From contig JBODTK010000016.1 of assembly GCA_050613775.1 (NCBI GenBank), positions 744,001 to 808,000 on the forward strand: 64,000 nt of DNA, read 5' to 3'. The position numbers and the translations under genes were made by a program. Shown in pieces: positions 29,490-39,794 of the stretch (positions are counted from its first letter, which is position 1; each line of letters opens with the position of its first letter). The notes below the pieces were generated by a model. The model saw only the letters and a program-made list of their open reading frames with translations, did no database searches and was not told where the DNA came from. The DNA is from Neocallimastix sp. 'constans' (taxonomy: Eukaryota).

Positions 29490-32161
29490 ATGAATTTCAA
29501 ATTTATAAAAGGCCTAGTTATACTAGGCTGGCTTATAGGTCCTTTTACTTATGGAAAATCTTCAAAATGTTTTTCTATAAATGATTCTGGCTTTTGTAAA
29601 GATTTCATGAAAGATGGAATAAAAATATATGCAGGACCAAATATGTTTAAGAATAGTTTAGGTAAAACTTTATCAGATGTAAAAGATTTTGATGAACAAT
29701 TATCTAATTTAAGAAATAATCCAGTGTACCCTGCTGAACGAACTTACTTGGAAAAAGAGTATGGATGTACTTCATATGATCCTTTTGATTTTAAAGATAC
29801 AAACAGATATATTTATACTTACCAATGTAGTAGTATGGTTTATGATAAAGTTAGTAAATGTAACATAAAAGAAAATAGCAGTAAAAAAATTAAGAAAATA
29901 TGTAAAAGCACTTGCCTTTTATATTATGAAGCCATTCAGAGCATTTTTAATAATACAAAATCTTGTCCAGATAATTCAAAGCAATCAGTAAGAGAAGCAA
30001 AATTGAAGGAAATATCTACTCATTGTCAAGAATATACAAATGATGACGAAGGATGCCTATTAGGTGTTGATGAAGAAGCAGATTACTGTGGTAAGATAAT
30101 TAATTTTATTTTTATAAATAAATGATTAGATAACATAAAAAATTTTATATTTCATGATTAAATTGTTTTTTCAATATGATTTTATTATTATAAATAGGAT
30201 TTAGAAATAAAGATTCACGTGATAAATATTGTGAAGAAAACCCAAACCAAATATGTTGTACAAAAACAAGAAAGAATGACGAAAATAATGATAAATTATT
30301 AAAAATATGTTTATACGTCATAGGAGGTGTAGTTGTTTTATTAATATTTGTGTTAATCATATTAAAGATATATTCAGCTAATAAAAATAAGAGAGACAAG
30401 GCTACGAAAGCTAAAGCAGACGCCTTGGAAAAAAAGAGAGAAGAAGAAAGAGAAAAATATAGAGAACAATTGAGTAGAGAATATACAGGTAAATATATAG
30501 ATTGGATTCTTGAAAATAGTAGTAATAATAAAATGTTAATAATAACAGTATGATAAATATAAAGCAATAGTAAAATAATAACCAAATAATAATAATAATA
30601 TAAAAATAATGAAATAATGAAATAATATTAATGTTTATAATAATAATAAAATATTAATATAAATAAAATATTAGTAATAATAATAATAAAATAATGATAA
30701 TAATTATAAAAATAAAATAATTAGAAAAAATGAATTAAGAATTTATTTATATAATTATTTATATAAATTGATTTATATATTTAATATTATTTAATTTTTA
30801 TTTTTTCATTTTAATATATATAAATTAAAAATCTTTAAGATACTTCATTTGAAACAGCAAGTAATGCTCCACTTCTTCAACATATAAATGTTGATCCAAA
30901 TAGTAATTCTCCATATAATTCACCAATATCACCACAGCAAGTACAAAATAATATGAATATTCCATATCTTAATGGTCCTAATACACAACAACCATATATA
31001 AGCACAAGATCATTACCTCAAGGTACAAATTATGGATCACCACATCCACTACCCTTAGGTTCTAGAGATTCTCCAAGAAATGTATTAACGAAACCATCTC
31101 AACATCAAGGTTCAAAAGGATCACTTAGTTTTCCAAAGGATTCTCCAAAAAGTGGTCATATTCATCCTTCTCAAAATCAGGGTTCAAAAGATTCACCAAG
31201 AAATGGTCCTTCACAACCACCTCATCATCAAGACTCAAGAGGATCACCAGGTTCTAAACCATCATGTCCACCCCCACCTCAACATCAAGGTTCAAAAGGA
31301 TCACTAGGAATAAGAGATTCTCCAAGAAATTCTCCAAGAAATGGACCTTCTCAACCTCCACAACATCGAGGCTCAAGAGAATCACCAGGTTCTAATTCAA
31401 CACGTCCTCCACCACCTCAACATCAAGGTTCAAAAGGATCACCAGGTATAAGAGATTCTCCAAGAAATTCTCCGGAAAATGGACCTTCTCAACCTCCACA
31501 ACATCAGGGCTCAAGAGAATCACCAGGTTCTAATTCAACACGACCTCAACCACCACAACATCAAGGTTCAAAAGGATCACTGAGTAAAAAAGATTCTCCA
31601 AGAAATGGACCTTCTCAACCTCCACAACGTCAAGGCTCAAGAGAATCGCCAGGTTCTAATTCAACACGTCCTCCACCACCTCAACATCAAGGTTCAAAAG
31701 GATCACTGAGTAAAAAAGATTCTCCAAGAAATTCTCCAAGAAACGGACCTTCTCAACCTCCACATCATCAAGGTTCAAGAGGACCACAAGTTGCAAGAGA
31801 ATCTCCAAGAATTAGTCCAAAACAACATCAAGGTTCAAGAGATTTACCAAGAGACGGTCTTAATCATCCTCCTCAACATCAGGGTTCAAGAGATTCTCCA
31901 AAGAATGGTCCTAATCATCCTCCTCAACATCAGGGTTCAAGAGATTCTCCAAAGAATGGTCCTAATCATCCTCCTCAACATCAGGGTTCAAGAGATTCTC
32001 CAAAGAATGGTCCTAATCATCCTCCTCAACATCAGGGTTCAAGAGATTCTCCAAAGAATGGTCCTAATCATCCTCCTCAGCATCAGGGTTCAAGAGATTC
32101 TCCAAAGAATGGTCCTAATCATCCTCCTCAACATCAAGGATCTAGAGGTTCGCCAAATTAA
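29490..32161 (+). CDS. Type I membrane protein: signal peptide, Cys-rich (frizzled/Mid1-like) ectodomain, one TM helix, Pro/Ser/Gln/His-rich repetitive cytoplasmic tail; exons 29490-30090, 30198-30488, 30840-32161
   Basis: Hydrophobic N-terminus; RYIYTYQC...KKICKSTC...C...HC...GC.LG...E..YCGF...YC....ICC Cys pattern; TM ICLYVIGGVVVLLIFVLIILKIY; both introns join in phase 1. Confidence 0.8.
31861..32140 (+). repeat. Coding 51-bp tandem repeat (HPPQHQGSRDSPKNGPN), about 5.5 near-identical copies
   Basis: TAATCATCCTCCTCAACATCAGGGTTCAAGAGATTCTCCAAAGAATGGTCC repeats with period 51 from 31861. Confidence 0.95.
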
Positions 32162-32308
32162 TCTTTATTTCATCATTATAAAGATAAGAATGATTAATCA
32201 TGTTTTCTAAACAATAATAATAAATATTAAAAATAAAAAAAAAAAAAAAGAAAGAAAAAGAAAAAGAAAAAGAAAATTATATAAAAGAATAATTAATTTT
32301 AATTTAAT

Positions 32309-32348
<40 letters not shown>

Positions 32349-32919
32349 CGTTTATAGAGTTTATCATTATTATTGTTTTCTTTTCAAAAAGAAAAAAAAA
32401 AAATAAAATAAAATAAAATAAAACTAATATATATAAATTAAATTTTAGTTATTAAAGTAAAAATTTAATGATCATACTATATATAGTATTAATATTTAAT
32501 AATCATAATAATATTAATGTTTAAGAGTTATAATAATATTTATTATAATTATAATAATTATATCTTATTATTATATATCCTATTATTATTGTTATGATAA
32601 TGATTATAATGTTTTAATTGATTATTTAAAAGGTAATTTTTAATTGTTTATATTTAAATAATCTAATTAATCATATATTAAAAAATATATATCTTTCATA
32701 TAAAATCTAATATTATAATATATTATAATATAGATTTTATATTAACAAAATTAAAATTAATTAAATAAAAGGTTATAAAAGCAAGACAAAAAATTAAAAA
32801 TAAGTACTTTTAAATAAAATATATATAAATATAAAAAAGAATTGATATTTGTTAAAAATTAATATAAGATAAAAAAAAAAAAATTAAAAGATTTATTGAT
32901 CAAAAGTTTATTTTACATA

Positions 32920-33320
32920 AAAAAAACATAGACTTGCACATATGGGTACCCATCTCCCATATGGCCATACAGTTATTAATTAACTGTAAGGTGATGAGTT
33001 ATTGGCATACTGTATCAGCTTCGCCGCTCTCAATCGTCGTTACACACTGCCCGGAGATGCATTCCTAACGTTCCTACATATATCTCTAATGACCACGAGC
33101 ATCAGAACGGAACCATTAACTCCTCCCTAGTGGGTGTAATCATTGGCGATTGGAAATTTTACAATCATCAAGGTCTATGCTTCAATTCAAAGCGTAGTAT
33201 CAGGGATGGGTGAAATAATCATTTGAGGGAAAGCCTTATGGACATCACGTGTGGTCTCATGATATCCCAGGATAGAAACCTCATCCGATTATTTGGTGCC
33301 ATGCCGAGGATTCGAACCCC
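32920..33320 (-). mobile_element. tRNA-derived SINE-like element, copy A, 5'-truncated at the B box, flanked by a 15-bp TSD
   Basis: AGTTTATTTTACATA at 32905-32919 and 33321-33335; minus strand starts GGGGTTCGAATCCTCGGCATGGCACCA (T-arm/B box plus CCA-like end); body homologous to 49131-49594. Confidence 0.85.
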
Positions 33321-33465
33321 AGTTTATTTTACATATTTTTTTTTTTTTTTTTTTTTTCTTTTTTTTTTTTTTGATTTGGATTTATTTTATAATTTAATAA
33401 TTGAAAATAGTAATGTATTCTCTTTCTTGTCCTAAAGAAAAAAGATAATAAATTTCTTAGTATGA

Positions 33466-33629
33466 ATTTTTTTTTTTTGTGTGTAATGCTCAGGGACAGT
33501 GGGAATATTGAGGTAGTCACACACTTCCATATAGGCAGAATTATCCCTACTGGACAGCCTGACTGAGTGTTCAGCATTGGCTCTCTGACACGCAATAATT
33601 ACTGAGTACTTCTCCAATTCGATTCCTAG

Positions 33630-33677
<48 letters not shown>

Positions 33678-33760
33678 CTCCAATTCGTAACTTCCATTTT
33701 AAATGAGACCAATATAACCAATCCATTATTGGTTCGTAGTAGTTCCATTTGACAAATGAC
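33466..33760 (-). mobile_element. Probable 3' terminal fragment of a second LINE family with structured tail and A-run, interrupted by a tiny poly(A) insertion
   Basis: Minus strand encodes ...CQRANAEHSVRLSSRDN, similar to TRSVNAEK-VRQTCKVN at the end of the LINE at 12660; long imperfect hairpin 33485-33580; ends ...CATTACACAC(A)n. Confidence 0.5.
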
Positions 33761-33796
33761 AAATGTATAAATATCAGAAAGATTCATTTAGCAATT

Positions 33797-34134
33797 GTGC
33801 ATTTCACAATGTGGAGTACATATTTTTTAAAATAAAGCCATACATTTTTAATATATTATATATACAATCATAAATAAACAAATATATAATAATTATTATT
33901 TTTAAAAGAAATAATAATAATAATATATTTTTCCAATTAAATATTATTAAATAACTATTTCAAAAGAAATAATAATATATTCTATTAAAAAAGAATTATA
34001 AAAAATTATTTTTATAATTGAATATTAATAAAATATATTTATTAAAAAAAAGAATATTTATTATTTATTTAATTATTATTTTTAATAATATAAAACAAGC
34101 CACATATAAAATTACGCCACCTTGCGAAATGCAC
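33797..34134. mobile_element. MITE-like non-autonomous Mutator-family element
   Basis: Left end GTGCATTTCACAATGTGGAGTA (33797-33818) vs reverse complement of right end GTGCATTTCGCAAGGTGGCGTA (34113-34134): 19/22 match; same motif family as MULE terminal repeats at 61690-61800. Confidence 0.65.
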
Positions 34135-34327
34135 TAGATTCTATGTAATCTAGTATAATATATCTATATCACAATATTCTATATCACAATATTCTATATC
34201 ACAAGAAGAATATATATCTATATGGATATATAAAATCGTTTATCTAAATGCTAGTAATTCCCTCTTAAATATACAGTAGTAGCCTCTCAGTTAGTACAGT
34301 ATCTTTTCTAATTATAATATATAGAGT

Positions 34328-34811
34328 GTGTTGTATTTCGTAATGTGGCTTTATAAGAAAAAGGGGGTACTTCAATAAACCGTTCATGTAAGAGTGGCTT
34401 AAATAATTAAATTTATAATAAATAATTAAATTTATAATAAATAATAAAATAATGAATGGGGAGTGTGCATTTCGAAAATTTTTATTACATAAATTTGTAT
34501 TTTGTTGTATGGCTTAAATATTTTTAAATTTAAGCCACTTAATTTTATTAAAAATTTAATGAATAATAATTAATTAATTAAATAAATAAAATTACAATTC
34601 TCAAAAATTTTCAAACACGTAATCTTACGTGGGGCGTATATCTAATTGTATCATAATTTGTGGCTTTTTTCTACAATTTTTAAAAAGCTATATATTCACA
34701 ATATGGCGTGAATAATAAATGTGGTGATATTTTATGACGAAAGATTATAAGCCACCAAGAATTTGGCGAAATTCAACTGGACGAAATTCAACTTTTGGCG
34801 AAATACAACAC
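34328..34811. mobile_element. Second MITE-like element or subterminal repeat block of the downstream MULE
   Basis: Perfect 13-bp inverted repeat GTGTTGTATTTCG (34328-34340) / CGAAATACAACAC (34799-34811); internal GGCGAAAT(T/A)CAAC and AAGCCAC/GTGGCTT repeats. Confidence 0.55.
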
Positions 34812-35292
34812 TTCAATAAATAATAATTAGGTTAGGTATTTCTATTTAACATTGAAAAATAAAATAAAAATAAATAAACATTTTATTTTTTAATGCTTAA
34901 AAAATAAAATAAAAATAAGAAATAAGAAAACTTTTTTTTTAAACATTGAAAAATAAAATAAAAATAAAAAAAAAAAAATAAGAAATAAGAAAACTTCTTT
35001 TTTAAACATTAAAAAATAAAATAAAAATAAATAAAAATTTATTTTTTAAGCATTAAAAAAAAAAAAAAATAAAATAAAATAAAATAAAACATAAAAAATA
35101 AAAATAAAAATAAATAAATAAAATAGTAAATAAAGAAATAATAAATAATTAATAATTAAATAATTATTTAAATAATTATATAATTAATTAAAAAAAGGTT
35201 TATTATTTTAAATATTAAAAAAAAAAAAAAAAGTTTCAAAGCATTTAAAAGTATATTTATTAAAATATTTTATTGAAAAATTTTAATTATTA

Positions 35293-36715
35293 ATGGAAGA
35301 CAATATAGAAATTGAAATAAGTGAAACAAATCGAGGAAATGAACAAATTATTATTAATAAAAAACACAAATTTAATTTTTCATTTCAAAGGAAAGATAAA
35401 TCAAAAATTTATAGATGCACTGAATATAAGACTTTAAATAAATGTAAATCTTTAATTATTTTAAATGATAAAAAGGAGGTTTTAAAATATGAAAGTTTAC
35501 ATAATCATCTCGAAAAAGAAATTGATATATCAGTAGCATAGTATAAAATTAAGGAAGAAATTAAGAAAAATTCAATTCCTATGGATATAAAACCTAAACA
35601 TATATTTAATGCCGTTTCTCAAGAAATGGGACTTATATGTCCCGAATATAGTACAATTAGATCCCAAATGATAAGAAATATAAATAAAAACAATTTCCTC
35701 CAAACATAAAAAGTTTTGATGATATTCCCATTGAATCAGAATATTATAAAACGAAAAGAAATGAAAATTTTATGATATTTAAAAATACTGATCTAATAAT
35801 CTTTCAATCACCATTCCAAGCATATTTATTTTCGAATTATCATAAAAATATATTTGCCGACGGTACATTTTATGCAGCACCGAAATTTAGTTATCAGTTA
35901 TTTATAACAAGAACTTATGTTGGGGAATTTAATATGTTTAACACTACTTCCATTTCTATATTAAAAAATAAAAAACAATCTACATATGAAACATTATTTA
36001 AAGAAATAAAAAAAAATGCAAATAAAAGTAATACATTAATTACTACAATTAATTTTCATTGTGATTTTGAACAAGGTATATCTAACGCCGCAAAAAAAGT
36101 TTTTCCCAATATAAATATTAAATATTGTGTTTGGCATTACAAAAGATCATTAGAAAAACAAAAAAATATATTATGTTATCATGAAGTGAAGAATAATAAT
36201 GATGTATATATTTATTATAAAGCTATTTCGAACTTACCGTTTATAAACCCTAACTATATATTTGATATTTATATTATAATAAAAAGAATTTGTCAAAAAA
36301 AAAGTATAATAATTTTCTGCAATTTTTAGAATATTTTAATAAAAATTATTTACTTAAGTATAATGTTAATAATTGGAATTATTATGAAAATATAGAGCAT
36401 TTAACAAACAATGCATCAGAATCTTATAATAGCTACTTAAATAATGTATTTCCAAATAAACCTTTATTTTATAAATTAATATATATATTAAAAGAAGAAA
36501 AATTATCTTATAATGATTATCAAAGGAGAACTAAAGGAAATTGGAAAAAAAAGCAAAAAATATTTAGTGCAACTGATGAAATTAAAATTTTAATTGAAAA
36601 TTACAAAAGTAAGGAAATAAATTTATTTTATAATGGATGCAACAGAAATGAATTAATTAAATTAAGGAAAGAATGTTTAATTGATTTAAACGATATAAAT
36701 ATTAATTTAAAATAA
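35293..36715 (+). pseudogene. MULE (Mutator-like) DDE transposase, disrupted
   Basis: FLYWCH/WRKY-like YRCTEYK..C...HNH; catalytic FADGTF, HCDFE, CVWH, TNNASESYN motifs; premature TAG at 35539-35541 and frameshifts in A-runs near 35690 and 36300. Confidence 0.9.
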
Positions 36716-36849
36716 ATAATCTTAATTTAAAAAAATGTTAGAAAAATACAAATTTATTTACCTATTGTGTTTATTTAATAATCTTAATAGAAATTATCTT
36801 TTAGTTATTTTTATTAAGTAACTTATAACTAAAACCGATTTATTTGATA

Positions 36850-37025
36850 CTAGTTAAAATTTTATTAATATCAATATCAATATTATATAATTATAAATTT
36901 TATTAATATCAATATCAATATTATATAATTAAAAATTTTATTAATATCAATATTATATAATAATTTTATTAATATCAATATCAATATCAATATTATATTA
37001 TTATAAATTTTATTAATATCAATAT
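36850..37025. repeat. Minisatellite of TTTTATTAATATCAATATCAATATTATATAATTA-like units (~5 copies)
   Basis: Direct reading. Confidence 0.8.
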
Positions 37026-37459
37026 ACTTTTCAAAATTAATTATGTTATTAAAAATATTAAATTCAATAAAAGATTTTTATTATTTTATTAAAATTATAA
37101 TTGTTATTATTATATTTTAATAACAATTGATTCATATTAATCAAACATTATAAATATTACTATGCAAATAATTAATTATTTTAATAGGATCAATTATTCA
37201 ACTCTTATTGTTTTAATTTTTAATTCTTATATCATTTAAATTAATATATATATATATCGTTTATGAAAATATGAATTATAAATAATTAAAATTATTTACT
37301 TTTCATTTAAATTTTTTTATTTATTATAATAAAACATAATAATTAAAAGACAAACGTTATTATAACTAAATTTTTTTTTTTTTTTTTAGAAAAATAAATG
37401 AAAAAAAATTAAAATATATAAGATTCCTATATATATAAAATAATTATTATATTTTTATT

Positions 37460-38262
37460 CTATTCTATTTTATTTTATTTTATTTTATTTTATTTTATTT
37501 TATTTTATTTTATTTTATTCAATCTGTACTTTCTTATTTAATATTCTACTTTTTATTTTATTTTATTTTATTATATTATATTATATTATATTTTATTTTA
37601 TTTTATTTTATTTTATTTCATTTTATTTTATTTTATTCAATCTGTACTTTCTTATTTAATATTCTACTTTTTATTTTATTTTATTATATTTTATTTTATT
37701 ATATTATATTTTATTTTATTTTATTTTTATTTTATTTTTATTTTATTTTATTTTATTTTATTTTATTTTATTTTATTTTATTTTATTTTATTTTATTTTA
37801 TTTTATTTTATTTTATTTTATTTTATTTTATTTTATTTTATTTTATTTTATTTTATTTTTATTTTATTTTATTTTATTTTATTTTATTTTATTTTATTTT
37901 ATTTTATTTTATTTTATTTTATTTTATTTCATTTCATTTCATTTTATTTTATTCAATCTGTACTTTCTTATTTAATATTCTACTTTTTATTTTATTTTAT
38001 TATATTTTATTTTATTATATTATATTATATTTTATTTTATTTTATATAATCTGTACTTTATATTTAATATTCTACTATTTATTTTATTTTATTTTATTTC
38101 ATTTTATTTTATTCAATCTGTACTTATATTTATATTCTACTATTTATTTTATTTTATTTTATTTTATTTTATTTTATTTTATTTTATTTTATTTTATTTT
38201 ATTTTATTTTATTTTTATTTTTATTTTATTTTATTTTATTTTATTTTATTTTATTTTATTTA
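37460..38262. repeat. (TTTTA)n array with five embedded ~30-bp spacer units
   Basis: AATCTGTACTT(TCT)TATTTAATATTCTACT recurs at ~37521, 37639, 37955, 38048 and 38115 between TTTTA tracts. Confidence 0.9.
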
Positions 38263-38359
38263 TGTATGCTAGCCCATGAAATAACAACCAGGATAGAATT
38301 TGTTTTGATTTCTTAGTATGAAGGAAAACTTAGTGGATACCATATTCTTTATTTTATTT

Positions 38360-38572
38360 CATTGGTGGAAAAGATTTTAATATAAATTATTAAACCATGA
38401 ACAATCCAACACTTTTAAGAATTCTAGTTCTTAATGATAGGAAGAGTCGATATCAAAGGATTAAAAAACAACGTCGCTATGAAAGTTTGGCTGACATAAG
38501 CCAGTTATCCTTTTGGTAACTTTTTTGACACCTCTAGCTTGAAATTTTCATACTTTTATGGTTTGTATTCAC
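38360..38572 (-). pseudogene. Decayed 28S (LSU) rRNA fragment, peptidyl-transferase region
   Basis: TGAACAATCCAAC...ATGATAGGAAGAGTCGATATCAAAGGATTAAAAAACAACGTCGCTATGAA...AAGCCAGTTATCC...GGTAACTTTT...CACCTCTAGC...ATGGTTTGTATTCAC matches the reverse complement of conserved eukaryotic LSU sequence, with substitutions and indels. Confidence 0.9.
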
Positions 38573-38749
38573 TTTTAACAATGCTATATATTCTTTATAT
38601 TAGTTATATATATATATATATTATTAATTTTGCTTAAATAACTTTTATTTTAATAATTATTTTTCATATATTTTGTATATACTATTTTGTAAGTAATGTA
38701 TTTATAGTATAAATGTAAAAATATATTATTTTTTCAAAAATAAAATAGA

Positions 38750-38877
<128 letters not shown>

Positions 38878-39794
38878 AAAAGCATTCTCTTCCAGACTTA
38901 AAAAAATCATAAAAGTTAAATATATAATTTTAAATTTTTTATATTTTATTTTTTTATCTTATATAATTAATTTATTATTATTATTATAATATATATAATT
39001 AGTTTTTTAATTATATATCTTATTTATTTTTTATTTTATTTTATATTTAAATTTAAGAAATTTTTTTCTTCATTTATTTACTTCGTATAAAATAAAGAAA
39101 TTATATAAATAATAATTTATTAATTAAAGAAAAGAAAAATAAAAATAAGAAAAGTAAAATAAAATAAAAAATAAATAAATAAAAAGAATTTTTTATATTT
39201 ATTATTAGTTTTTTTTTTTATTTAAAGTGTGATATATATATAAAATAATATAATAATTTTTTTTTTTATTATTATTAAAAAAAAACTAAATAAATAAAAT
39301 AAACAGTACATTATTTGAATATAATTTTCGAGGTAAAACTAATAATAATGGATACATGATATAATAAGGATTCTCCTTTAGAAATAAAAAATTTTCTATT
39401 TATACTAAACATAATATTTAATATAAATTATATATATATATATTAATACTTTATATAAATAGTAATATTTTAATATTTATAATTATTATTTTTGATATTA
39501 ATTATTACAATATAAATTATTTTTTATAATATTAATACTAAACGAAATTTAAAAAAAAATAAATTATTATCATTTTATTTATCATGTTAAAAATTTAACT
39601 ATATATAAATATTTATTTTATTATTCATAAACCTAATTATAATACCTTTAATTATATTATTATTATTATTATTAATAAAATCATTAGTACATTTATAAAT
39701 TAATAATCATTAATTCAATTAATACTTCATAAATTCAATAGTTCAGAAGAAAAACAAAACAAAATCAAAAACAAAAACAAAAAAAAAAAAAAAA

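Noticed and set aside
31791..32210. Alternative-frame repeat ORF (RVQEILQRMVLIILLNI)n
   Set aside because: Shadow frame of the 51-bp coding repeat, with a non-ATG start
33223..33683. Three short overlapping ORFs
   Set aside because: They run through homopolymer tracts and across retroelement boundaries; not genes
34272..34300. TACAGTAGTAGCCTCTC resembling a pogo/Tc1 TIR
   Set aside because: No inverted partner found in the window
37460..38262. CRISPR-like array
   Set aside because: The intervening sequences are TTTTA microsatellite rather than unique spacers; eukaryotic context; no cas genes
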